NCBI GenBank assembly: GCA_951406725.2
Contig: OX597842.1
Location: 2,666,001-2,730,000 of the forward strand
Direction: 5' to 3'
Length of the DNA stretch: 64,000 nucleotides
From: Octopus vulgaris
Lineage: Eukaryota
Shown here one piece after another: positions 12,146 to 25,835 of this stretch. The position numbers and the translations under genes were made by a program. Below the pieces are notes generated by a model. It did not search any database. It was not told the DNA's origin and worked only from the letters and a program-made list of their open reading frames with translations. The first letter of the stretch is position 1. Every line of letters starts with the position of its first letter.

Positions 12146-13104
12146 GAGAGAGAGAGAGAGAGAGATACACATATGTATGTGTGCAGGAGCTGTATGGGTA
12201 ATTCATTCTGTTGATAACGGAGTAAAGCCCATGTGTACATAGGTGTGTGAATGTGTGTAGGTGGGAGTTGATGTTTAATGAACCACACCGTAGGGAAGTG
12301 ATTTTACATGAACGAAAATCTATGGACACTCTGAAAAGAATAATTCTCAAGCAAATTCATAGACGATAAGGACATATATCGCCAAACGATATATAACCAA
12401 ACGATAATAAATTGAAGCTAACATGACAGCAATTGGAAAGAAACATTAATTTTCTAGCGATGTTGTATATGAAATTATAACGATAACATGAGAGATTAAT
12501 AAAACACTAACACAGTAAGCGTATATATATATATGATATATAAATGTGTGCATGTATGTATATATATGAAAGCAACAGAGAGATAAACCATAATAAACGG
12601 GTATTATATTATAGAATAATTATGTAGAGCGCGGAATCATTAACATTTGTAAACATGGGTGAATGTAAGATTTTAAACTATATGAGGTGATGTAATTATA
12701 TTCTTGGAACGTTGAATAGAACTGAAAGCAATAAGAAATATGGTTACTCAAGGCGAGCGGCCTTTGTTTCTGCTGGTCTTTCCCAGTGAAAAGGAAAATG
12801 CAGTAAAGGGTATGTATGTATGTCTCTATCTATCTATCTATCTATCATCTATCTATCTATCGATATATATACACAAAGGCAGAGGCATGGCTGTGTAGTA
12901 AGAAGCTTGCTTCCCAACCACATGATTCCAGGGTTCAGTCCCACAGTATGGCACCTTGGGTAAGTATCTCGTATCATAGCCTTGGGCCAATCAAAGCCTT
13001 GTGAGTGGATTTGGTGGACAGAAAGCAAAGAAGCTTGTCGTATATATACATGTGTGTATGTGTATGAAAATATATATATAGACACAAGCATGATTGTGCA
13101 GTAA

Positions 13105-13292
13105 CGAATACACCATACAGCGTTAAATGGACACACCTGGAACAACCTGGGCCATACCTTAATGGAAGAAGATGATGCAAATTTTGCTTGACTGAGAGGT
13201 AAAAGTTTTCTAGGTCCAGGTGCCTTCTTATATTCAAAAAAGTGAGATGTTTAGTCAGTGTCCGCATAATTGAAAATTCATGTTGGAAAACA
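13105..13292 (+). pseudogene. Penelope-like element (Naiad-type) GIY-YIG endonuclease C-terminal relic
   Basis: Manual translation PYSVKWTHLEQPGPYLNGRR*CKFCLTER*...CLLIFKK/SEMFSQCPHN*KFMLEN fits the W..L...PY..G...CxLCxxEK...LLNKRSE..S.CRH..KF.L pattern; contains stops and a frameshift. Confidence 0.6.
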
Positions 13293-14904
13293 TGGTCTTC
13301 ACTTGCTAACTAGTGAATGGAAAATGTACATAAACAAACCCTTTTCAGCCACAACTGACTGAAACCAATCAAACAGAGATAGCTCTTCAGAGCCACCCAA
13401 TCTTTGTTACTCTTCTTACCCTTCCTCTCTCATCAACCCATGTACTCCACTGCCAGCTGTTGTTACTTATGTAAGCTATTTGTGCTACTCATTGGAACAG
13501 GATTTGGTGTGGTTAAAAAGCTTGATTCCAAAACACATGGTCTTGAGTTCAGTCCCTCTGTGCAGCAGTTTGGGTAAGTGTCTTCTACTGTAGCCCCAGG
13601 AGGACCAATGCCTTGTGAGTGGATTTGGCAAGAAGAAACTGTGTGGAAGCCCACCAAATGTGTGTGTGTATATATACATATAAACATACATATATATACA
13701 CACACACATTTGGTGGGCTTTCACCACATACACACACACACACACATATATATATTCTTTTACACTTTTACTTGTTTCAGTCATTTGACTGTGACCATTC
13801 TGGAGCACTACTGTTAGTCGAGCAAGACAACCCCAGGACTTATATATATATATATACATACATATATATATGTATATATAAATGTATGTGTGTGTGTGTG
13901 CATATATTTGTGTGTGCGCGTCTGTGTTTCTGTTGAGATTGTCCCCACCACAGATTGATAACTTGTGTTGGTTTGTTTACGTCCTTGTGACTTAGCAGTT
14001 TGTCAAAAGCGACTGCCATAAAAACACCAGGCTTTAAAAATAAAAGATAAAGGTACTGGGATCGATTTGTTTGAGTAAACCCTTCAAGGCCCAGCAGTGC
14101 CCCAGCATGGCCACAGTCCAACGACCTAAGCAAGAGACGAAATATTCTGTTCCTCCTCATCAGCAGCCATTCTCCCAAAACCAGCTGTTGTAGTTGTTAC
14201 AGCTGCTGTCGCAGTTACGGTTGTTGTTGTTGTTGTTGTTGTTGTTATTGTTGTTGTTATTGTTGTTGTTGTCACTATTACAGCTGTTTGTGCTACTTAT
14301 CCTCCGTCCCCATCAACAGCTGCTGTCGTTGTGGTGGCCATCATCATCATTGTTGTTGCTGATGTTGCTGTCGAAGCTAATACTCTATACATCTCCCACT
14401 ACTCCCTCCGTCCACCCATCACCCTGACACCCCCACTTCCCGTCGACAACCACCCTCCCCCACCCCACCCCCATTAACCATTGTTCTTGTCATTACTGTT
14501 GCCGTCGTCGTCGTCGTCGTCATCATCATGGCTGTCATAGTTATAGTGGTGGAAGCTAATAGTCCATCATATACCTCCCTCCCCACCACCACCACCACAC
14601 ACACCTCACCGCTTCTCCGCTTCCTCTCCCCCCCCCCACCGATCCGCACCCCCACCGCTTCCCGCCATCAATAACCATACTCCGACTATCAGCTCAATGA
14701 CTCGGAACACTCAAAATGTCATGTCTACCTGTTGTTCGGTTGATTTACGAGGTGAGCAACAAACGAATACAACAACAACAACAGCCACAACAACAGCAGC
14801 AGCAGCAGCAGCAGCAGTAGCAGCAGCAGTAGGGCAATTGCTGCAATGGTTGGGAAACACGTTATCGATTGGTAAACGGTACAAGAGTAATAACAAGAAC
14901 GACA

Positions 14905-15360
14905 ATGGCGATGATGATGACGATGATGATGATGATGGTGGTGATGATGATGGTGGTGGTGGTGATGATGATGATGATAATGATGATGGTGATGATGGTG
15001 ATGATGATGGTGGTGGTGGTGATGATGATGATGATGATGATGATGGTGATGATGGTGATGATGATGGTGGTGATGATGGTGATGGTGGTGATGATGATGA
15101 TGGTGGTGATAGTGGTGATGGTGATGATGATGATGGTGGTGATGGTGATGATGGTGATGGTGATGAGGATGGTGATGGTGGTGATGATGATGATGATGGT
15201 GATGGTGGTGGTGGTGATGGCGATGATGATGATGATGGTGATGATGATGGTGATGGTGATGGTGATGAGGATGGTGGTGATGGTGATGATGGTGATGATG
15301 ATGATGGTGGTGGTGATGATGATGATGATGGTGATAATGATGGTGATGATGATGATGGTT
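14905..15360. repeat. (GAT/GGT)n compound trinucleotide microsatellite
   Basis: Direct inspection. Confidence 0.95.
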
Positions 15361-15544
15361 AACAGCAACAGTTACACCAGCGACAGCGTACGATGGACAA
15401 TGGTTACAACAGGAAGAACGATGATAACAAATACAAGAAGAATGAGAAGAGGAAACGGGGGGGGGGGGGGAAGAAGAGGAGGTAGAAGATAAAACAATAA
15501 ACAATAACAAAAATAATTCTTCCTCAAATTCTTCTTATTCCTAT

Positions 15545-15926
15545 TCACCAAATTCTGTTTCTTCTTCTTCTTCTTCTTTTTCTTCTTCTTTTTCTTCCTC
15601 TTCTTCTCCTCCTCCTATTTCTTCTTTTTCTTCTTCTTTTTCTTCCTCTTTTTCTCCTCCTCCTAATTCTTCTTTTTCTTCTACTTCTTTTTCTTCTTCT
15701 TCTTCTTCTTCTTCTTTTCCTTTTCCTTTTCCTCCTTCTCCTCCTTCTCCTCCTCCTTCATCTTTTTCTCTTCCATCTTCTTCTTCTTTTCCTCCTCCTC
15801 CTCCTAACTCTTCTTCCATTCTTGCTGTTGCTGTTGTTGTTCTTTTACTTCTTCTTGTCCTCCTCCTCCTAATTCTTGTTCCTCCAATTCTTCTTCTTCC
15901 TCCTCATTCTTCCTATTTTCTCTCTA

Positions 15927-15962
<36 letters not shown>

Positions 15963-15980
15963 AGCAGTAGTAGTAGTAGT
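15545..15980. repeat. (CTT/CCT)n polypyrimidine tract followed by (CTA)n/(TAG)n
   Basis: Direct inspection. Confidence 0.9.
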
Positions 15981-17099
15981 AATGGTCCCAACGTTAACTA
16001 AAAGTAACCACAACTAATGCATTAGTAACACCACCACCAACACCACCACCAACACCACCACCACCACCAAGAACAACAGCACCACTAAACTGCAACAATG
16101 ACAGCTTTCAATTTTCACTTTATGGATTGGAAACCAAGTTATCATTGAAGTACTCCGTGGGGGAGGGGAAGAGGAGAGAGGAAGGCGGTGGTGGTGGTGG
16201 ATACAATAGGATGGTGGTGGAGGTTGATTGGGTGGAGGTGAATTGTAGACAATTATTGTACTCCGGAGGTTGGTGTGGAAGTGATGTTACATGGAGCGGT
16301 TGTGTGTGTGATTGTGTGTCTGGATATGCGCGTGTGTGAACATGCGTGTGTGTACGTGTCTGCGTATGTGTGTGTGTGTTTTTGTACATGTCTGCGCATG
16401 TGTGTTTTAGAACGTGTGTGTGTGAGCATGTGTGTGTGTGTGAGCATGTGTGTGTGTGAGCATGTGTGCGCGTGTGTGAGCATGTGTGTGTATGTCTGCA
16501 TATATGTGTGTGAACGTGTGTAAGTGTATCTGTGTGTGTGTACAGGTGTGTGTATATGTGTCTGTGTGTGTGTATATGTGCCTGTGTGTGTGTGTATATG
16601 TGTCTGTGTGTTGATAGGTATATGTATAATTGTCTGTGTGTGTGAAGGTATGCATATATTTAGGTACAGGCATGGCTGTGTGGTAGGTAGTCTTCTTCCC
16701 AACCACAAGGTTCTAGGTTCAGTCCCACTGCATGACACCTTGGGCAAGTGTTTTCTACTGTAACTTCAGGCTAAACAAGATGCCTTGGTCATTCACTGCA
16801 TCCATCTCCATCCCCAGTCATTCTGACCTGGTCTTGCCACTGGATTGAAGATTGTCATGAACAGTGAAACTGATGGTGCAATCAGCAAATTGCCAAGTAA
16901 ACATCACAGCTTAGTAACATTTAATTCCTGTGATCAGCCAATTAATTGACCAATCACATCAAGCCAACATGTAAGGCAACCTTGTTGTTCTCTGCTTGGC
17001 AACCGGTGTTGGTGTGTTTATGTTCCTGTAACTTATCAGTTTGGCAAAAGAGACCAATAGAATAAGCATTAGGCTTTAAAATAGTCCTGGGGTCAGCCT

Positions 17100-17231
17100 T
17101 ATCTTTTCATTATTTACATTATTTACATTTGATGGATATTTGTCCCTCACCTTGTTTGTTGTTAACACAACATTTCAGCTTCTTCAGGTGAAATTTCGAA
17201 CCTGGGTTCTCATTCCTAAAGTATTCTTCAA

Positions 17232-17274
<43 letters not shown>

Positions 17275-17350
17275 CTATTGTTCAGGTCACTGCTTGGAAT
17301 CGAACTCAGAATCTTGGGGTTAGTAGCCTGCACTCTTAAACTACGCCATT
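17100..17350 (-). mobile_element. tRNA-headed SINE with a collapsed hammerhead-like motif in its tail
   Basis: Minus-strand head ATGGCGTAGTTTAAGAGTGC..GAGTTCGATTCC; 17165-17190 minus reads CAC CTGAAGA AGCT GAAAT GTT GTG. Confidence 0.5.
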
Positions 17351-17574
17351 GCTTGTTTCAGTCATTTGACTGAAGCCATGCTGGGGTACTGCCTTGAAGG
17401 GCTTTAGTCAAATAAATTGATCCCAGGAATATTTTTAAGCCTAATGCTTATTCCATTGATCTCTTTTGCCAAATTGATAAGTTACAGGAACATAAACACA
17501 CCAACACCGGTTGCCAAGCAGAGAACCACAAACACTCACACACACACACACATGATGGGCTTCATTCAGTTTCT

Positions 17575-17995
17575 TATTTCTTTATTACCCACAAGGGGCT
17601 AAACATAGAAGGGACAAACAAGGACAGACAAAGGGATTAAGTTGATTACATCGACCCCAGTGTGTAACTGGTACTTAATTTATCGACCCTGAAAGGATGA
17701 AAGGCAAAGTCGACCTCAGCGGAATTTGAACTCAGAATGTAATGTCAGATGAAATACCTATTTCTTTTACTACCTACAATGTGCTGAACACAGAGGGGAC
17801 AAATAAGGACAGACAAACAGATTAAGTCGATTACATCAACCCCAGTGCATAACTGGTCCTTAATTTATCGGCCCTGAAAGGATGAAAGGCAAAGTCAACC
17901 TCGGCAGAATTTGAACCCAGAATGTAACGGCAGACAAAATGCCGCCAAGCATTTTGCCTGGCGTGCTAATGATTCTGCCAGCTCGCCGCCTTCAA
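17575..17995 (-). mobile_element. Tandem dimer of Deu/Nin-domain SINE D nested in a SINE A
   Basis: Two consecutive GACCCCAGTG..AACTGGTACTTAATTTATCGACCCTGAAAGGATGAAAGGCAAAGTC-type units; the SINE A sequence TTCAGTTTC is split around them. Confidence 0.8.
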
Positions 17996-18815
17996 TTCAG
18001 TTTCCATCTACCAAATCCACTCACAAGGTTTTGGTCAACCCAAGGTGATTGTAGAAGCAGTGAACCATGTGGTTGCAAAGTTTTTTCCTACACAGGCATG
18101 CCTGACTGGATAAGATGTGCCTCCATTCTTACCGTTTCATTTCACAGATCTCACCTCTTGCCTGAGAATGCTGGAAATCAGCATCATTAAAAGAAACCAC
18201 ATTCTCATTTTTCAGCATTTAACAGTTGTTTTAACAACTTCTTATCCAACCGAACAGACAACAGCAACAGAACTGCAGCCATGAATCTGGTTTGATTTAT
18301 CAACATCATTTATCTTGACAGCTTAGTCACAGAACCTATTTAACCAACCAGTCTGTCATAACGACAGAATTGTCTTTTCCAGAGTCTCTGTTTTGTTGTT
18401 TGTATTATTAATTCAAAGACCAAAATGGAAAAAATGCTTTGTGCAGAGAATAAAGTGCCTGTTAATTGCTCACGAGTGTTATGCATCATTTATACACAAC
18501 CAGAACCCAGCTTGACCATCAGCATCTCTATACCATTCCTTCCATGACCTATGTGATGAGTTGTAACAATCTCATGACAATTGGTGACACTCACTGGATT
18601 TGAACACACAACCTTCTGGTTGCAATTACTGTGAGTAAATGATGAACAACAAAGGCACAGGCATGGCTGTGTGGTAAAAGGCTTGGTTTCTGACCATATG
18701 GTTCCAGGTTCAGTCCCACTGCATGGCATCTTAGGCAAGTGTCTTCTACTATAGCCTCAGGCTGACCAAAGCCTTGTGAGTGGATTTGGCAGATGGAAAC
18801 AGAAAGAAGCCTGTC

Positions 18816-18920
<105 letters not shown>

Positions 18921-19151
18921 TGTAGGTTATACTCTATTACTCTTTTACTTGTTTCAGTCATTTGACTGTGGCTATGCTGGAGCACCACCTTTAGTCGAGC
19001 AAATTGACCCAAGGACTTATTCTTTGAAAGCCTAGTACTTATTCTATTGGTCTCTTTTGCCAAACCACCAAGTTACAGGGATGTAAACACACCACCATCA
19101 GTCGTCAAGTGATGTTGGGGGGACAAGCACAGACACACAAACATATACACG

Positions 19152-19303
19152 CATTTCCTTCTCCTATGTTTCCGACGAAGAGCTCCGCTCGAAACGTTAA
19201 ACCCTCCTTCTTTCCTTCTTTCCTGAGCATCCAATAATACTATATTTGTTCCACGTCCTCGCGTTGTTGTTTTTTTGTGCTTTCTTGTTTGGATTAACTT
19301 TTT
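19152..19303 (+). mobile_element. H1-related element (distinct subfamily) with hammerhead motif
   Basis: 19168-19202 GTTT CCGACGA AGAGC TCC GCTC GAAAC GTT AAAC, followed by CCTGAGC..TAATAC as in H1; ends in (TA)n. Confidence 0.7.
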
Positions 19304-20247
19304 ATATATATATATATATATATTATATATATGTATATTTACATCTTTATATGTGTCTTTGTGTCTGTTTCTCCCCCCTCACCGCTTGATGAGTATTAGC
19401 ATATTTATGTCCCCATAACTTAGTGGTTTAGTATAGAGACCAATAGAATAAGTACTAGGCTTGAAAAACATTAAAAATAAAAAATCAGTTCATTTAAATA
19501 AAAGTTTTCCAAGGTGGTACTCCAGCATGGCTGCAGTCTAATGATTGAAACAAGTAAAAACAGGTAGTCCTCCATCCAGCATACTGAGATTTTACAATGT
19601 TTTTAGTAATGCAACAATACTTTAAGAAAAAACTGTGGGCACTGTCTGCATATCTCATACATGAAGTTCAAGCATGCTATCAGGTCCAAGAGACAGGGAT
19701 GACCCGCAGAGCAGTTTTAAAGTACCCTTGATACTATTCTTATCGAATCTTGGCAATAAAAGGCACATTTCTTAAAGCAATATCCTGTTAAAGGATTTTG
19801 GCCGGAGGACTTTTGGTTTGTCATATACTTTACAGCTATTATTATATGGAACCATTATCATTCTCATGTTGCTTTGGTGTATATGTGTAAATCTACTAAT
19901 TTATGTATATATATATATATATATATAAGCATGGATGTATATACACACACGTAATGCATTTGAGCATGTATCTATGTTTGTGTGCATGTGTGTGTAAAAT
20001 GTTTGTGTATGTGTGCATACAGCTGTACATATGTGTCTTTGTAGACAAACCTATCTATTTTCCCTGGAACCTCATAAGCATTGAAGTACATCTTTCTCTT
20101 TTCTCTCTCTCTCTCTCATTATATATATGATACAGGCATGTCTGTGTGTGTGTGCATGTGTGTCCATGCATATGTATATATACTAACATATATGTATGTG
20201 TGTGCATGCATAGATATATACATACATATACAAACATACACATGCAC

Positions 20248-20285
<38 letters not shown>

Positions 20286-21236
20286 GCATATATATATACA
20301 TATATACCTACATACACATATATACATACATATACATAGATATACATGTATATATATACATAAATATACATACATATATACATACATATACATCTATATA
20401 CATATACATACATATATTCAAATATGCATATACATACATACATTATACATATATATATATATGTGGGTGTGTATATATATATATATATATACATATATAT
20501 TATTCGTACAATAATGGCAGGAAACTAATACATATATTTATATGTGTGTGTGTGTATATATATATACCCCATACATATATAGAGGTTCAGTAATAGCTTC
20601 CACACCGTCTCCACCGCTTATTGGTGGACAGTGTCCGAATGTCCGGTTAGGAAATTAATAGTCCTGTCTACGTACATTCTCAGGCAGCCATATTGAATTT
20701 CATAAGTGTCTACCGATCACATACTAGCTGATGACTCATTTCTAATAAGGGTGGCCGAACGGGGTGGGTGGGTGGGTAGGTGGGCAGGTGTGTGTGTGTG
20801 TTGTGCTAGTATGTAAGGTGGTGATGGTCGTGGTGGGGTTAGTGTGGAAGAAGAGAGGAAACCGAAACCATTGTTAAAGTGTTACGTTAGATTTTCGTGT
20901 GTCTGTGTGTCACATCAATATGTGGATGTATATAAACGTTTCTGTGTATGTGCAAGTGTGTGTGTATATATGTATATATATATATACATATCTAGCTATA
21001 TTCGCATGTGTGTGTATGTGTACATCTATTGTAAAAATGATTTATGAATACATTCAGCACGCACATATAGATATATATACACATACATACATATACATAT
21101 GTGCGCACAAATATATGTGTGTATATATATGTATATATGCATACATATATATATACATACATATATATATATATATTTATATAAATCCATATAAACATAT
21201 ATACATACATATTGCATGTACATGTGTATGTATGTA

Positions 21237-21288
<52 letters not shown>

Positions 21289-21950
21289 TAGATACATACA
21301 TACACATGTACATGCAATATGTATGTATATATGTTTATATAAATCCATATAAAGATATATACATACATATTGCATGTACACGTGTATGTATGTATCTATA
21401 TATATATGTATGTATGTATGTGTGTGTATATATATATATATGATATATATGGACATATAAAGACATATAAGTCTGCATGTATGTGTATACACACACACAC
21501 ACACAGACACACACACATACACATGCATACATGTTCACACCGATTTAAATGAGTGTGTATGGCTATAGTGTGATCTGTTTTCCCTCTCTTGCATACAAAT
21601 AGTGTTTTGTCCCTTTAATTTGTTTATATGAATCTGTATTTAATAGACACAGATTTCATTGAAAATTGGTCTTTGTTTAACCCAAGGTAAGTCCTGATCC
21701 AGCAGGCATTTGATCAAAGTTTTTACTGCTCTCACTATCCCCTCATTACTTCAGACACAGTCTATCTTGGACTACATTATCTAATGTACAGTACTTTGTA
21801 TTAGAAGCTGTAGTTGTTCTGGTTTAAGCTAAAGTCAATCCTAATCCAGCAGACCTCTGATCAATGACGTTCTTATTGTGACCATCCCAACTTTTATTCA
21901 GATATAGAATATCTGGGCTACATTACTAACAATTGCAATTGTAACACACC

Positions 21951-22406
21951 TCTTTACTCTTTTACTTGTTTCAGTCATTTGACTGTGGCCATGCTGGAGC
22001 ACCACCTTTAGTCGAGCAAATCGCCCCCAGGACCTATTCTTTGTAAGCCTAGTACTTATTGTATCGGTCTCTTTTGCCGACCCGCTAAGTTACAGGGATG
22101 TAAACACACCAGCATCGGTTGTCAAGCAATGTTGGAGGGACAAACACAGACACACAAACATACACACACACACACACACATATACATACATATGTATATA
22201 AAGGGAAAGTTTACGAAAATAAACAAAAGACGAAAGCAGGTGGAGTACAAACAAACAAATGTATTAGTATAGTGCTCAGGAATAGAAAAAGTCTTTTACG
22301 TTTCGAGCCTACGCTCTTCTACAGAAAGATACACAGAAAAAAACAAGGAGAGAAACAAAGAGAGAAAAAAAATGTGTGTAGTAGCTAATGATCTATCATG
22401 GCATCT

Positions 22407-22449
<43 letters not shown>

Positions 22450-22530
22450 CCCGAGGTTATAGAAGAAGACACTTGCCCAAGGTGCCACGCAGTGGGACTG
22501 AACCCGGAACCATGTGGTTTGTAAGCTATA
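21951..22530 (-). mobile_element. SINE family A containing a nested H1 element (22200-22410)
   Basis: Minus 22292-22329 TCTTT CTGTAGA AGAGC GTAG GCTC GAAAC GTA AAAGA inside the SINE microsatellite. Confidence 0.85.
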
Positions 22531-22669
22531 GCTGTTGTTGTTTAACCCTAGGTCAGTCTTCATCCAGTAGACTTATGATCAAAGACATTCCAGCTGAAAC
22601 CATCTCATCTTTTATTCTAACACATTTTAAATTCACACACATTTATATATATATATATGTATATATTAT

Positions 22670-23060
22670 CATCATCATCATCATCGTTTAATGTCTGATT
22701 TCCATGCTAGCATGGGTTGGATGATTTGACTGAGGGCTGGCGAACCAGATGGCTGCACCAGGCTCCAAACTTGATCTGGCAAAGTTTCTACAGCTGGATG
22801 CCCTTCCTAACGCTAACCACTCAGAGAGTGTAGTGGGTGCTTTTACATGCCACCGGCACAAGGGCCAGTCAGTGGCACATAAAAAGCAGCCACTACACTC
22901 TCGGATTGGTTGGCATTAGGAAGGGCATCCAGCTATAGAAACTTTGCCAGGTCAGATTGGAGCCTGGCGCAGCCTACTGGCTTGCCAGCCCTCAGTCAAA
23001 ATCGTCCGACCCATGCCAGCATGGAAAGTGGACATTAAACAACAATGACGATAATGACAA
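22670..23060. mobile_element. Head-to-head inverted pair of Meta-domain/(GAT)n-tail repeats
   Basis: Minus copy 22670-22870 abuts plus copy 22871-23060. Confidence 0.85.
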
Positions 23061-23906
23061 TGGATTATCTTGTAGCTTTGAGAGTTCAATCATATGAGTG
23101 TATATTTATAGAATGACATTGTAGGGTAGGTGTGAAAGACTGGATCTAGCTGGTTTGGACCGGATATGGCTGGTTTAAATATTAAAGGTTTAGACAATAG
23201 GTAAGGGTGTCACAATTTCTTGCTGAAAACCCTGCACAGAATATTTGTTTATATGGGTCAAATGTTTGTATTGCACATAAGCTCTCTCTCTCTCCATCAG
23301 ATTGACATTACCTGAACAGTTGCAAACGAGTGCCACATATATGCGTGTATTTGTGTCTGTGTTTGTCCTCCACTGTTGCTACACAACCGGTGTTGGTTTG
23401 TTAATATTTCTATAATATGTGTAGGAGTGGCTGTGTGGTAAGTAGCTTGCTTACCAACCACATGGTTCTGGGTTCAGTCCCACTGTATGGAACCTTGGGC
23501 AAGTGTCTTCTACTATAGCCTCAGGCCGACCAAATCCTTGTGAGTGGATTTGGTAGACAGAAACTGAAAGAAGCCCATCATATGTATATGTGTGTGTGTG
23601 TGTAAGAGGAGCTTCTTTACAGTTTCCGTCTACCGAATCCACTCACAAGGCTTTGGCCAGCCTGAGGCTATAGTAGAAGAAGACACTTGTCCAAGGTGCC
23701 AAACTGGGATTGAACCCAGAACTGGTTGGGAAGCAAGCTTCTTACCACAAAGCCATGCCTGCACCACCTATATCTCTATCGATATATTTGTCAAAAGTAT
23801 TTCTTGAAGAATCAATGATAAAATTCAAATGACTGGAGTTGCAACAAACTGTATCAAAGAATCATTTTACATCAAAATTCAGCTTCTCAGAAATTTTATA
23901 AGTACA

Positions 23907-23947
<41 letters not shown>

Positions 23948-24009
23948 ATGTATGTATGTATATACATATGTATATATACATATATATACATATACACACA
24001 CACACACAT

Positions 24010-24040
<31 letters not shown>

Positions 24041-24139
24041 CACATATATATATACATATACACACACACATATGCAATACAAATACATGCATGCATGTAC
24101 ACATACACACAGATATATATGTGTGCGTGTGTGTAAATG

Positions 24140-24170
<31 letters not shown>

Positions 24171-24939
24171 GCATATGTTTTTATATATATATATACATAT
24201 ACACACACATATATATGTATATATGTATGCATATGTATGTATAAATATATATATATATACACACACACATTCGTGCAAAAATAAGTTACTTATATATACA
24301 TAAATATATATACATTATATATGTTTATAAGATAGACATAAATATATATATATATATATGACATATATAACATCCATATATTCAATACATATAACACATA
24401 TCTATACACAGTTGTGTGTATCAGTGTGTGTGTGTGTATGGATACACACACACACACACCATAATATACTAAAGGTGGGGAACTTGTGCTGGTGAAGCAT
24501 AGACTCGATTTGATGTGATACCTACACTATGCCACAAACTGAGATCTTTTTTTTCTGTCAGCTTGTTTCAATGCGCATTATTTCATTCACCCATTCATTA
24601 TATTATACGTATATAAATATATACACAATTGTCTTCCTTAGCTTTTCTATTGTTCTATGGTTTAGAAAGCTAGAATGCCATGGCATAAAGCCTGTATTTA
24701 TATACACACCATTCACAGAGAATTCCTATAAATTTAGAAACACCACATGGAAGATATTAGAATAGAAATCTTTTCTTAGTTGTCATAACAATTGATATTT
24801 GTGTTAATAGTTTTGTGAAATGGCGGTGCCCCAGCATGGCCACAGCTTGTGAGCTGAAACTAGATAAAATATAAAAAAAAAAATAAAAGTGATGGAAGAG
24901 GATTTCTTCCATGTTTTAAGATCTGAAGGTATTTAACTT

Positions 24940-25172
24940 TCATCTTTTATTCGTTTCAGTAATTAGACTGTGGCCATGCTTGGGCAATGCCTTGAAGAGT
25001 TTTGTTTGAACTAATTGACTCCAGTTTTTTCTTTTCTCTTTTTTTTTTAAGCCTGGTATTTATTCTATCGGCCCCTTTTGCAAAACTGCTATGTTACAAG
25101 GACATAATTACACCAACACTGGTTGTCAAGATGTAGTTGGGGGGCAAAAACACACACACATTTATATATACT

Positions 25173-25204
<32 letters not shown>

Positions 25205-25790
25205 GAGAGAGAGAGAGCGAGGGTTTACGAAAAAAACAAAAGACCAAAAAACAAAAGACAACAAACAGATGTATTAGTATAACGCTCAGGAATAGAAAAA
25301 GTCTCTTATGTTTCAAGCCTACGCTCTTCAACAGAAAGGGACACAGAAAAAAACAAGGAGGGAAAAAAATGTGTGTAGTGGCTACTGATCTATCATGGAA
25401 ACATATATACATATATATATATATATATATATGGTTCCAATGTATTAAATCCAAAAGACAGAGACAGGTGAGAGAATAACAAAGTGTATTAGTTAGACAC
25501 TCAGGAAAAATGGAAGAGTTTTGATGTTTCAAACCTATGCTCTTTGAAAGAAAGATTTAAAGAAAGAAAAGAGAGAGAAAAAAGAAATGGAGAGAAGAGA
25601 AAAACATGCTTGGATCAATAATTTCACATGCCAGACAGGCTTCTTTCAGTTTCCCTCAACCAAATCCACTAGTAGGATTTTGGTCAGCCCGAGACTTAAA
25701 GATACTTGCCCAAGGTGACATGCAGTAGGACTGAACCTGAAACCATGTGGTTGGGAAGCAAGCTACTTACCAGACAACCACACTTCTACC
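24940..25790 (-). mobile_element. Old SINE A with two nested H1-type elements (25221-25402, 25435-25636)
   Basis: TGTATTAGT..CTCAGGAA..TGTTTCAAGCCTACGCTCTT motif occurs twice between the SINE tail and head. Confidence 0.75.
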
Positions 25791-25835
25791 TATTGTTTTT
25801 CATATATTGTTGATAATATCTTAATAATATTTAAA

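Noticed and set aside
13168-13172. In-frame TGA as selenocysteine in the Naiad-like relic
   Set aside because: It falls at an expected Arg position next to a Cys codon, and the frame has other stops and a frameshift; decay is the simpler explanation.
14697-15510. Asp/Gly-rich or poly-His ORFs (resembling biomineral or beak proteins)
   Set aside because: Pure GAT/GGT microsatellite without codon variation, open in multiple frames.
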